Positions 17,651 through 26,569 of a stretch of 64,000 nucleotides of DNA are shown in pieces. The translations under genes were made by a program, and so were the position numbers. The notes under the pieces were generated by a model. It did no database searches, was not told the origin of the DNA, and saw only the letters and a list, made by a program, of their open reading frames with translations. This stretch comes from an uncultured Thermodesulfobacteriaceae bacterium (lineage in GTDB: Bacteria > Desulfobacterota > Dissulfuribacteria > Dissulfuribacterales > UBA3076), in contig CAZYEJ010000002.1 in NCBI GenBank assembly GCA_964646435.1, positions 14,897-78,896 on the forward strand. Reading direction: 5' to 3'. Position 1 is the stretch's first letter, and each line of letters opens with the position of its first letter.

Positions 17651-18559
17651 GTGCATTGCCCTGTAATGGTCACAGAAGTGCTGGATGGTCTGTCGTTGAA
17701 GCCAGGCGGGGTCTATGTTGATGCAACACTGGGCATGGGAGGCCATACAGAGGCCATGCTGTCAAGATGCCCTGAAGTCAAAATGGTCCTTGGCCTTGAC
17801 TGTGACACAGAGGCCTTAGAACAGTCCAAATCCAGATTGGCCCTATTTGGTGACAAGGTTCGATTCGTTCACAGCAATTTTATCCATCTCCATGATGTTC
17901 TTTTATTCAATAGAATAGGGCAAGTTGATGGGATACTCATGGATCTTGGAATCTCAAGCTTCCATCTGGAGAATAGCAGGAGGGGCTTCAGCTTTTCCAG
18001 GGACGAACCTCTTGACATGCGCATGGATTCTTCCACCCCTGGTGCAGTGACTGCTGCTGACATGGTCAACAAGCTTCCGGTCGAAAGATTGACCGAGCTT
18101 ATCCAAACATACGGGGAAGAGAGATGGGCAAAGAGAATCGCCAAACGCATATATGACAGGCGGGAAACAGCCCCGATTCTGACCTCAGCGGAATTGGCGG
18201 AAGTGGTTGCCCATGCCATTCCCAGAAAATACCATCCACGCCGAATTCATCCTGCCACACGGACCTTCCAGGCGCTCAGGATCGCAGTGAACCGAGAGCT
18301 CGACAACCTTAAAGAGGCCCTTGGCTCACTCCCGTCTTGCCTGAGACCGGAAGGACGACTGTGTATTATCTCTTTTCATTCCCTGGAGGACCGTCTGGTA
18401 AAAATCGCTTTCAGAGAAGATAACAGACTGAAACCCTTAACTAAAAAACCACTGGTACCAAGCCCTGAAGAAATGCACAGTAATCCCAGAGCCAGAAGTG
18501 CCAAGCTGAGAATTGCTCAATGTGTGGAGCCCGACGCTACACAGTTAAAATTAACATAA
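17651..18559 (+). CDS. rsmH: 16S rRNA (cytosine1402-N4)-methyltransferase RsmH
   Basis: 'HCPVMVTEVLDGL', 'DATLGMGGH' and 'SFHSLEDR'. The start is placed at GTG 17651, after 'aaaggaga'; the track ORF begins at 17591, inside mraZ. Confidence 0.9.
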   Translation: MHCPVMVTEVLDGLSLKPGGVYVDATLGMGGHTEAMLSRCPEVKMVLGLDCDTEALEQSKSRLALFGDKVRFVHSNFIHLHDVLLFNRIGQVDGILMDLGISSFHLENSRRGFSFSRDEPLDMRMDSSTPGAVTAADMVNKLPVERLTELIQTYGEERWAKRIAKRIYDRRETAPILTSAELAEVVAHAIPRKYHPRRIHPATRTFQALRIAVNRELDNLKEALGSLPSCLRPEGRLCIISFHSLEDRLVKIAFREDNRLKPLTKKPLVPSPEEMHSNPRARSAKLRIAQCVEPDATQLKLT

Positions 18560-18604
18560 CTACCCTTGAGCCTCTTGCCGGGACCTGCTCTGGGAGGGAG
18601 AAAA

Positions 18605-18970
18605 ATGATTCCTCGATCAGCAACGATTAGAATACCCCAGAGAAATTTATATGTTCCGATGGCACAGAAAAACAACACCGGCAGCAGCCTTTCGTTCTCA
18701 AAAGTACTCAGAATAACCCGTCAAAAGACAATTGCGCTCATATTTGCTCTAGCCGCATTATTAATCCTGGGGTTCTGGACTACTCACGAGACCCTGAAAA
18801 TAGCAAAGGATATAGAGTTCCGCCAGCTAGAGAAAGGCCGTCTCAGTGCTCAATATCAGGATTTCAGCAATCAAATGGACCGGCTCAAAGCACGCAGCCG
18901 TATGGAAAAATTGGGGAAAAAAATGGGACTTCACTCACCCACAGCCAGGCAGACAATATTCCTTAAGTGA
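18605..18970 (+). CDS. ftsL: Cell division protein FtsL (bitopic, coiled coil)
   Basis: Assigned by its position between rsmH and ftsI. It has a single TM ('IALIFALAALLILGFW'), a coiled segment and a 'MGLHSPTARQTIFL' tail. ATG 18605 follows 'gggaggga'. Confidence 0.6.
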   Translation: MIPRSATIRIPQRNLYVPMAQKNNTGSSLSFSKVLRITRQKTIALIFALAALLILGFWTTHETLKIAKDIEFRQLEKGRLSAQYQDFSNQMDRLKARSRMEKLGKKMGLHSPTARQTIFLK

Positions 18971-18973
18971 TAC

Positions 18974-19160
18974 TTAATTTGAGCGATTAACCTTTAGCGG
19001 TTAGCGGTTAGTTTAATGATTATCGGTCTGCCGCCCTGACAAGTAGGATGTTTTACTATTACAAATTTTTACCCATTTGGTGTTATTTCTAATTAACGTA
19101 ATGCCCGGATTTTTCAAAGCTAAACGCTAATGGCTAACAGCGAATCGCTTAACTTAACGG
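18974..19160 (+). repeat. Repeat family B copy 2 (MITE-like, both inverted ends present) filling the ftsL-ftsI spacer
   Basis: The left end 'ttaatttgagcgattaacctttagcggttagcggttag' and the right end 'ctaaacgctaatggctaacagcgaatcgcttaacttaa' are inverted relative to each other. The core matches 15627-15816. Confidence 0.8.
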
Positions 19161-19172
19161 ATAGAGATCAGA

Positions 19173-20930
19173 ATGAGTTTTCCTTATAAAGATAAAAGAA
19201 TTTTGTTCCTTTTTGCCCTGGCAGGTCTTGTGATTATGGCCACATCGTTTGTTGGTTGCTTTTGGCAGAATAACAATGTCAATAGCGAAGACAACATTGA
19301 TTCGTCCAGGCTTTCTCAACAACGGAGCCATGACTACTATTCCCAGCAAAGCCCCCTGTGCAGGGGCGTAATTCTTGACAGGACAGGAGCGATATTCGCC
19401 GTAAGCCAAAAGACAACCTCTGCCTTAGCAAAACCTTCCAAGTTGCCGCAAGTTGATGATTGGGCACCACGGGTATCAGAAATCCTTGGCCTTGATCCTC
19501 ATGCTGTGACAAAACTGCTGTCGGAGAAACAAGACGTTATCTGTCTAAAAGAAGGCATTTCCTTAAAACAAGGTCTGAGGCTGAAAGACATGCGGCTTAA
19601 AGGAATAGAAATACAGGAAAAATATAAAAGGGTATATCCTTGCGGTCCACTGGCTTCTCCGGTTTTGGGGTTTGTCGATCACGGCGGCAGGGGCCTTGAG
19701 GGAATTGAATACACATATGACAGCCTTTTAAGCCACACTAATGTGTCACAAATTCACGCAGGTGGACAGGAACTTACGCTTACTCTTGGGAAAAATATTC
19801 AGTCATCAGCGGAAAAAGAGCTTGGCAGGCAGATGAAAAGACTTAAGGCAGATAAAGGCTGCCTTGTTATAATAAGTGTTGAAAATGGTGAGATCCTTGC
19901 CTTGGCCAGCAAGCCTTCCTGGGACCCGGAACGTTTTTGGGAACTACCTGCAGCAAACATTACAAATTACTCCCTACAAGATAATGTTGACCCGGTGGTC
20001 CTTGTGCCTCTCTTAAACTGGATGTTTGAACAAAGTGAGCTTCCAAAATCAGAAGATCAGCCTTTGAACAAAATGGAACATAAGTGGAAATGGGAAACTT
20101 TGGATAAAGGTCTGGTCCTATGGAGTCCCTGGACTGAACAGGAACTGAAAGATTTTGTCTCTTATGACGACCGGTCAAAAGACCTCTTGGCTCTGGGATT
20201 TGGTCAGTCTACAGGTATTGACCTTCCGGGTGAAGGCCAGGGCAGCCTGTCTTCAGCCCTGCCAAGGTCACAGAATTGCTTCTTATGCCAAGGTATCGCA
20301 GCCAGTCCGATCCAGATTCTAAGGGCCTTCTCCGCCCTGATAAATGAGAATATATTGGTGACACCACACGTGGCCCTACAAAGTCCTAATGAATTCCTGA
20401 CATCCGAGTCTTCCGTGAAGGATCAAAGACAGGCCAAAATCCCATGGTTAACAGAAGAGCTTATACTTAAATTGCGGAAAAACCTCGCGGTCAGGGGAGG
20501 GCCTTCTCTTGCGAGCATCAGGTGGAATGAACAGTCTGAGCAAATATCCACTCAATTTCCAGCCCAGGTCACTGTCCTTGGATTCTGGCCCGACAAATCA
20601 CCTAAAGTCAGTTATATTGTTTTGCTCGACGGCGTAAAAATTGATCCTCGTGAACGCCGGGGCACTTTAGGGCGAACACTAATAGTAGCAAAACAGGCGG
20701 CACAGGTACCCTTGAAAGACAAATGGCGAACGGTGAAAAGCCAAGAGACCAAAAAAGAACTCTCCAGGATGCCGAATCTTAAGGGAAAATCCATAAGACA
20801 GGCCTTTGATATTCTGCAATCCATAGGCATTTCCACCAAGCTCAAAGGTGTAGGGAGTGTGATCGCACAGAAACCAAGATCAGGAACGCCTCTTAAGGGT
20901 GTGAAGGTCTGCAGTATAACCTGCAAATGA
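19173..20930 (+). CDS. ftsI: Class B penicillin-binding-protein homologue in the FtsI position, with C-terminal PASTA; catalytic motifs absent
   Basis: 585 aa. The pedestal motifs are conserved: 'RGVILDRTGAIFAVS', 'RVYPCGPLASPVLGFV' and 'GLEGIEYTYDSLL'. So are 'GEILALASKPSWDP', 'CQGIAASPIQILRAFSAL' and the PASTA tail. No SxxK, SxN or KTG is found at the aligned positions. Confidence 0.8.
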   Translation: MSFPYKDKRILFLFALAGLVIMATSFVGCFWQNNNVNSEDNIDSSRLSQQRSHDYYSQQSPLCRGVILDRTGAIFAVSQKTTSALAKPSKLPQVDDWAPRVSEILGLDPHAVTKLLSEKQDVICLKEGISLKQGLRLKDMRLKGIEIQEKYKRVYPCGPLASPVLGFVDHGGRGLEGIEYTYDSLLSHTNVSQIHAGGQELTLTLGKNIQSSAEKELGRQMKRLKADKGCLVIISVENGEILALASKPSWDPERFWELPAANITNYSLQDNVDPVVLVPLLNWMFEQSELPKSEDQPLNKMEHKWKWETLDKGLVLWSPWTEQELKDFVSYDDRSKDLLALGFGQSTGIDLPGEGQGSLSSALPRSQNCFLCQGIAASPIQILRAFSALINENILVTPHVALQSPNEFLTSESSVKDQRQAKIPWLTEELILKLRKNLAVRGGPSLASIRWNEQSEQISTQFPAQVTVLGFWPDKSPKVSYIVLLDGVKIDPRERRGTLGRTLIVAKQAAQVPLKDKWRTVKSQETKKELSRMPNLKGKSIRQAFDILQSIGISTKLKGVGSVIAQKPRSGTPLKGVKVCSITCK

Positions 20931-23900
20931 TGTTTGGTAATACACGGCACGAAAGGACATTGCGGGATATGTTAGAAGTGCTGAGACCTGCTGTTTCTAT
21001 ATCACCTGAGTTGGATGACGTAAAAATCAAGGGCATATCCGCAGACTCCAGACAGGTAAAGCAGGGATACATATTTGTGGCAATTCCCGGCACGGAATTT
21101 GATGGAAGACAATTTATCAATGATGCCGTGGAGAAAGGAGCCTCTGCCCTGTTAATGCCAAGCCAAGATGTCCATCGTTACATCAAGACCGTTCCTGGAG
21201 CACTTCCTGTTATGGGAGTGGATGACCCCAGGTTTTCAACCGGTCTTCTGGCAAGTGCCTTTTATGGAAATCCCAGTGAAAAAATGGCCCTCATAGCCAT
21301 TACAGGCACTAATGGTAAGACTACGATCACATATCTTCTGGAAGGCATTTTCAGCAAAGCCGGGCTGAATCCTGGTGTAATCGGGACTGTAAACCAGAGA
21401 CATTGTGGTAAGGAGGTACCTTCTGAGCTCACTACCCCAGGTGCCATAAAACTACAGGAGATTCTGGCCGACATGTCGGAGCAAGGGGCAAAGGCAGTGG
21501 CCTTAGAGGTATCTTCCCACGCCCTTGACCAGCAGAGGATCTCAGGATGCAGTTTCGCAGCGTCTGTTTTTACCAATCTGGGCCGCGATCACCTGGATTA
21601 CCATCAAGACATGGACCAATACTTCCACGCCAAGGTAAAATTGTTTTTGGACTACCCATCTGATACTGCAATCATCAACATTGACGACTTGTATGGAAGG
21701 CGTCTGTGGAAAATAGTGCAAAGAAAAAAAATCAGTTATGGTCTCAGTCCTGAGGCCGATGTAAGACCTGAGTTCCAGTCAATCAATATTGATGGAATAA
21801 CAGGTAAACTTACCACGCCCAAAGGACCTGTCTCCATAAAATCCAGGCTTATAGGTCTGCACAACCTATACAATATCCTTGCAGCAGTGGCGGCTTCAAT
21901 CACCCTTGGGATAGATCCCGACTATATTCAGACCGGCATAGAAACAATAACGCGTATCCCGGGAAGGCTCGATCCTGTGCATACCCCACGGGGAGTGACC
22001 GCCTTTGTAGACTATGCCCATACACCTGACGCCCTTGAAAGTGTCCTGAACTGCCTTATCAGATTAGGGTCCAAGCCTCTGATCTGCGTAATCGGCTGTG
22101 GAGGAGACAGAGACAGGGGCAAGCGTCCTCTCATGGCGCAGGCAGCTGCTTCACTGGCAGATATTGTTGTGCTGACCTCGGATAATCCACGTACTGAAGA
22201 CCCTCTTGCCATACTCGATCAGATGTTGAACGGCCTCAGAGACCTTCCTCCCCATCACCCTGCAACTAAAGCTGAAGTGGAGGTAATTCCAGACAGAAGG
22301 GATGCTATTTTATGGGCAGCAGAACAAGTGAGGCCTGGTGCCTGTCTGCTCGTGGCAGGGAAGGGCCATGAAACCTACCAGATAATCGGCAACAAACGAC
22401 TTGCCTTTGATGACATGGAAATACTGAAAGAGGCATTTGGGGCAGAAGTCAGAGGTCAGAAGTCAGAGGTCAGAGGTCAGAGGTCGGAGTATAAGAGTAA
22501 TAGGTCGAAGTCAGAGAGTCTTGAGGATCAGGGACTTCGATTAAAGGCTTCTCAGGTGGCAAGGGCTATTGGAGCCAGAGTCCTTTCGGGTGATCCGGAT
22601 ACGGCAATCCATGGCATATCAACAGATTCCAGATCAGTAAGAAAAGGAAATATATTCTGGGCACTTTCAGGGGATCGTTTCAATGGCCATAATTTTGTCC
22701 TTGATGCTATAAAAAAAGGGGCCATCGGCGCGGTAGTCAGCTCGACCTTTGACTTTCGAGCTTTGACTTTAAGCCCTCGATCCTGTCCTATCCTGTTGCA
22801 AGTCCAGGATTCGTTAAAGGCCCTGGGAGATTTTGCAGCATGGTATAGGGAATACCTTGGAATCAAGGTGGTTGGCATTACGGGCAGTTGCGGCAAGACC
22901 ACTACAAAAGAACTAATTTTCTCAATCCTGGGGGAAAAATGGAAAGTGGCTAAAACCCCTGGGAATTTTAACAATCTTATCGGACTCCCGCTCAGCCTGC
23001 TTTCGGCCAAATCCGATGATGCATGGGCAGTGCTGGAAATGGGAACAAACCAACCGGGAGAAATACCCAGGCTGTGTGAAATTGCCAAGCCACAAGTGGG
23101 CCTTATTACTACCATACAGCCTGCCCACCTTGTCGGCCTGGGGGACATAAAGCAAGTAGCCAGAGAAAAGTGGGAACTCTGGAGAGCCCTTCCCCAAACA
23201 GGTGTGGCAGTGGTGAACCTTGACGATCCCTTGGTGATGGAAGGGGCCAAAGATCTAACGTGTCAAATAGTGGGCTATTCTCTGACACCTAATCCCCAAT
23301 TCAAAATTCAAAATTCAAAATTCAAAATTGCAATTACCTGCCTGTCCTGGACCCCGAGCGGGCATGGCACTCTGCTGGATCTGGATATTGACGGAAGCAG
23401 ACTCTCTGTTAATCTTTCACTTATAGGAAGGGCAAACGTGCAAAATGCCATTGCAGCCGCAGCTACAGGCCATGCAGTGGGGTTGACGCCGGCCCGGATC
23501 AAGCAAGGGCTGGAGGAAGTAAAACCAATTTCAGGCCGCCTTTTTCTAAAAAATCTTGGACCTGAATGGAGGCTGATAGACGATTCTTATAATGCAAACC
23601 CCGGCTCTATGAGAGCGGCTCTTGAGACTCTCAATCTTTGGGGTAAAGGCGAAAAAAAGATAGCGATCCTGGGAGACATGCTGGAACTCGGAGATGCGGC
23701 CTACGACTTCCATCATGACATTGGACGACTTACAGCCGATACAGGAGTTGATTTTCTGATCTTCGTAGGCGAATTTGCGGATGCTGTTTCCGAAACCGCC
23801 CAAAAGGCCGGTATTTCGCAAAAGGCTATTCGCATCTTCCCCAACACGGAGGATTTGCTTTCCTGGATAGAACCAGCCGCCCTTGACTGCATGCCCTCTC

Positions 23901-23986
23901 CGGCAACCGTACTGGTAAAGGGATCGCGGGCCATAGGCCTTGATAGAGCAGTAGATGCCCTTATCAGGCATCTGGGAGAAGGATAG
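20927..23986 (+). CDS. murE/murF: Fused MurE (meso-DAP-adding ligase) / MurF (D-Ala-D-Ala-adding ligase)
   Basis: One 1019-aa ORF. The MurE part has 'ITGTNGKTT' and 'DNPRTEDP' and ends at about '[10 protein letters not shown]'. The MurF part runs from about '[15 protein letters not shown]' and has '[12 protein letters not shown]'. There is no stop or obvious start between them. Confidence 0.85.
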   Translation: MMFGNTRHERTLRDMLEVLRPAVSISPELDDVKIKGISADSRQVKQGYIFVAIPGTEFDGRQFINDAVEKGASALLMPSQDVHRYIKTVPGALPVMGVDDPRFSTGLLASAFYGNPSEKMALIAITGTNGKTTITYLLEGIFSKAGLNPGVIGTVNQRHCGKEVPSELTTPGAIKLQEILADMSEQGAKAVALEVSSHALDQQRISGCSFAASVFTNLGRDHLDYHQDMDQYFHAKVKLFLDYPSDTAIINIDDLYGRRLWKIVQRKKISYGLSPEADVRPEFQSINIDGITGKLTTPKGPVSIKSRLIGLHNLYNILAAVAASITLGIDPDYIQTGIETITRIPGRLDPVHTPRGVTAFVDYAHTPDALESVLNCLIRLGSKPLICVIGCGGDRDRGKRPLMAQAAASLADIVVLTSDNPRTEDPLAILDQMLNGLRDLPPHHPATKAEVEVIPDRRDAILWAAEQVRPGACLLVAGKGHETYQIIGNKRLAFDDMEILKEAFGAEVRGQKSEVRGQRSEYKSNRSKSESLEDQGLRLKASQVARAIGARVLSGDPDTAIHGISTDSRSVRKGNIFWALSGDRFNGHNFVLDAIKKGAIGAVVSSTFDFRALTLSPRSCPILLQVQDSLKALGDFAAWYREYLGIKVVGITGSCGKTTTKELIFSILGEKWKVAKTPGNFNNLIGLPLSLLSAKSDDAWAVLEMGTNQPGEIPRLCEIAKPQVGLITTIQPAHLVGLGDIKQVAREKWELWRALPQTGVAVVNLDDPLVMEGAKDLTCQIVGYSLTPNPQFKIQNSKFKIAITCLSWTPSGHGTLLDLDIDGSRLSVNLSLIGRANVQNAIAAAATGHAVGLTPARIKQGLEEVKPISGRLFLKNLGPEWRLIDDSYNANPGSMRAALETLNLWGKGEKKIAILGDMLELGDAAYDFHHDIGRLTADTGVDFLIFVGEFADAVSETAQKAGISQKAIRIFPNTEDLLSWIEPAALDCMPSPATVLVKGSRAIGLDRAVDALIRHLGEG
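22443..22520 (+). repeat. Tandem heptamer array (GTCAGAG-like, about 11 units) encoding the MurE-MurF linker
   Basis: 'cagaa gtcagag gtcagaa gtcagag gtcagag gtcagag gtcggag tataaga gtaatag gtcgaag tcagaga' translates to '[24 protein letters not shown]'. Confidence 0.85.
23297..23331 (+). repeat. Tandem heptamer array (ATTCAAA x about 4.5) inside murF
   Basis: 'caattcaaaattcaaaattcaaaattcaaaattgcaa' translates to '[13 protein letters not shown]'. Confidence 0.85.
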
Positions 23987-23991
23987 GCCTT

Positions 23992-25071
23992 ATGCTTTTT
24001 CATCTGCTATATCCCCTCCACGATTTGTGGCCTGTATTCAATGTCTTTCGCTATATCACGTTCAGGACAATATATGCGACTGTTACCGCCCTCTCAATAA
24101 TATTGTTCCTCGGGCCTTGGTTTATGAGACGTATGTGTGCAATGCAGATGGGCCAGGTCATCAGGGACGACGGGCCGGCAAGGCATCATGCAAAAGCCGG
24201 GACACCAAGCATGGGGGGCATATTAATCATTGTGTCCATCCTGGTCGCCACACTCCTGTGGGCCGACCTCAGGAATCTTTACGTGTGGATAAGCATTTTG
24301 ATTCTTGTCGGTTACGGCACAATAGGCCTTGCAGACGACCTGCTGAAAATCAGAAAACAAAACAGCATCGGCCTGTCCGGTAGATGGAAGCTCGTGTGGC
24401 AGACAGTATTTGTACTTCTGGCCGCAGGTATAATTGCCGCACATGGTAAGTGGGATAGCCATCTTAGTATCCCGTTTTTTAAGAACTTTCAGCCTGATCT
24501 CGGGATTATGTATGGTCTTTTTGCCCTGCTTGTGGTCGTTGGTACCTCCAATGCAGTTAATCTGACCGACGGTCTGGACGGGCTTGCTACCGGCCCTTTT
24601 ATAATAGCCGCATCAGTCTACGCCCTGTTTACATACCTGGCCGGCCACTCGACTCTTGCCCAGTACCTCCAGATTCCTTCGGTTCCCGGCGCAGGAGAGC
24701 TTGCGGTGTTTTGTGGCGCAATGGTAGGGGCCGGTTTGGGTTTCCTCTGGTATAATACCTATCCTGCAGAGATCTTCATGGGAGATGTAGGTTCTCTTGC
24801 CGCGGGTGGTGCCCTGGGAACAGTGGCCGTTCTCTCAAAGCAGGAAATGCTGCTTGTAATTGTAGGTGGAGTCTTCGTAGTTGAGGCATTATCCGTAATT
24901 CTTCAGGTTTTTTACTTCAAAACAACAGGAGGCAAGAGGATCTTCCGTATGGCTCCCATCCATCACCACTTTGAGCTTAAGGGATGGAAAGAGCCAAAGA
25001 TCATTGTGAGATTCTGGATAATTTCTATATTGCTGGGGCTGGTGGCAATCAGCACGCTCAAGCTCAGATAA
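23992..25071 (+). CDS. mraY: Phospho-N-acetylmuramoyl-pentapeptide transferase
   Basis: 359 aa, polytopic, with 'GTPSMGG' and '[13 protein letters not shown]'. Confidence 0.95.
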   Translation: MLFHLLYPLHDLWPVFNVFRYITFRTIYATVTALSIILFLGPWFMRRMCAMQMGQVIRDDGPARHHAKAGTPSMGGILIIVSILVATLLWADLRNLYVWISILILVGYGTIGLADDLLKIRKQNSIGLSGRWKLVWQTVFVLLAAGIIAAHGKWDSHLSIPFFKNFQPDLGIMYGLFALLVVVGTSNAVNLTDGLDGLATGPFIIAASVYALFTYLAGHSTLAQYLQIPSVPGAGELAVFCGAMVGAGLGFLWYNTYPAEIFMGDVGSLAAGGALGTVAVLSKQEMLLVIVGGVFVVEALSVILQVFYFKTTGGKRIFRMAPIHHHFELKGWKEPKIIVRFWIISILLGLVAISTLKLR

Positions 25072-25099
25072 GGAAAGAATTTGGTGATTTGGTAATTGA

Positions 25100-26521
25100 A
25101 TGGAACTGAAGGGCAAAAAAGTAACAATACTGGGCATGGGGATATCCGGCCGGGCGGTTGCCGGATGGATCGTCTCTCAAGGGACACAAGTCATATGCAG
25201 TGATTTGAATCCCCTGAATAAGTGGCCTAAGGGCCTGGCAGGCTGGTGTGATAAAAATGGCGTTGGAGTGGAGACAAAAAAACATAAGGTAGAGACTTGC
25301 CTTTCATCCGACCTGATAGTGGTCAGCCCTGGTGTTCCGCCTGAAATTCCTGCCCTTGAGGCAGCACGCAGATCCAATATCCCTGTGGTTGGAGAACTGG
25401 CCCTTGCGGCATCCTTCTGGAGAGGACCTCTAATCGGCATAACCGGCACAAATGGAAAAACTACTACTACTATGCTTGTGGATGAGATGCTAAAAAAGGC
25501 CAATGTGCCTCATGTAAGGGCAGGGAACATTGGAACACCATTATCCGCGCTCGTTGAAGAACATACCGAGGAAACTATCGCGGTTTTAGAGATTAGCAGC
25601 TTCCAGTTGGATTATTTCCCAAGGACCAGGTATTTTCCTTTTACTCCTCCAAGGTTCAGGACAACAGCATGGCTCAATTTTGCGCCGGACCACCTTGATC
25701 GCTACCAGGACATCAAGAGCTATGGAGAGAGCAAGGCAGTAATCTATGACTTCCAAAGGCCTGAAGATTGGGCCATTCGCAACATGGACGACAAGGGACT
25801 AGAAACGTGGAAGGACAAAGGACGTGCCAGAAGGCTCTACTTCGGGATATGGCACCCCGGAGTTCCCGGAGCCTGGCTGGATACCTCTTTAAAAAAAATC
25901 AAAGTCATGTGGCCTGACAATAAATGGGAGGAATATGACTTAGAAAGCTGGTCCCCAAAGGGTCGACATAATATTGAAAACCTGGCTTGTGCCATACTTA
26001 TTTCACGCCTGGCAGGTGCTGGTGCGGCTGCAGTACAGTCTGTTATCCAAAACTTCAAAGCGGCACATCACAGACTTCAGTGGGTGGCCCAAAATGCGGG
26101 CATCGACTATTATGACGACTCCAAGGCCACCAATGTTGCATCTGTACTTCGCGCAATGGAGTCCATAGATCAGCCAATAGTGCTCATCGTGGGCGGCCGC
26201 GGCAAGGGTGAAGATTATGCTTCCCTGGCCGAGGCCACAAAAAAGGTGCGTATTCGTGGTGCGATTGTTATAGGCGAAGAGGCCAAGGCGTTTGAAAAAA
26301 TCCTAAATAAGGTAATGCCGGTTATCCAGGTGCGTGGAACAAAAAACGGCAAAAAGATTATGAGAAAAGCCGTAATGGAAGCAACGTCCCTGGCTGAGCC
26401 CGGTGATGCCATACTCCTTTCCCCTGCCTGTTCCAGCTTTGATATGTTCAAGAACTATGAAGAACGTGGCATGGCATTTCAGGAGGCAACCAGGGAATTG
26501 GGTGATTGGGTAATTGGGTGA
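25100..26521 (+). CDS. murD: UDP-N-acetylmuramoylalanine--D-glutamate ligase
   Basis: 473 aa with 'ILGMGISGRAVA', '[12 protein letters not shown]' and 'DDSKATN'. Confidence 0.95.
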   Translation: MELKGKKVTILGMGISGRAVAGWIVSQGTQVICSDLNPLNKWPKGLAGWCDKNGVGVETKKHKVETCLSSDLIVVSPGVPPEIPALEAARRSNIPVVGELALAASFWRGPLIGITGTNGKTTTTMLVDEMLKKANVPHVRAGNIGTPLSALVEEHTEETIAVLEISSFQLDYFPRTRYFPFTPPRFRTTAWLNFAPDHLDRYQDIKSYGESKAVIYDFQRPEDWAIRNMDDKGLETWKDKGRARRLYFGIWHPGVPGAWLDTSLKKIKVMWPDNKWEEYDLESWSPKGRHNIENLACAILISRLAGAGAAAVQSVIQNFKAAHHRLQWVAQNAGIDYYDDSKATNVASVLRAMESIDQPIVLIVGGRGKGEDYASLAEATKKVRIRGAIVIGEEAKAFEKILNKVMPVIQVRGTKNGKKIMRKAVMEATSLAEPGDAILLSPACSSFDMFKNYEERGMAFQEATRELGDWVIG

Positions 26522-26533
26522 TTGGGTAATTTT
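26497..26533 (-). repeat. Tandem octamer array (GGTRATTG, the inverse of CAATYACC) spanning the murD 3' end and stop codon
   Basis: 'gaattg ggtgattg ggtaattg ggtgattg ggtaatt'. It encodes 'ELGDWVIG*', so the TGA lies inside a repeat unit. A related 'atttggtgatttggtaattgaatgg' at 25078-25102 contains the murD ATG. Confidence 0.85.
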
Positions 26534-26569
26534 AAGAATGGAATTTTAATTTGAAAATGCAGGCAGATT

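Noticed and set aside
22552-23250. 232-aa minus-strand ORF inside murF. Similar long antisense ORFs lie in ftsH (37281-37928), clpB (45866-46360), tilS (38218-38727) and the hybrid kinase (52291-52821).
   Set aside because: All are antisense to genes with strong family signatures and have no recognisable domains. I treat them as frame shadows.
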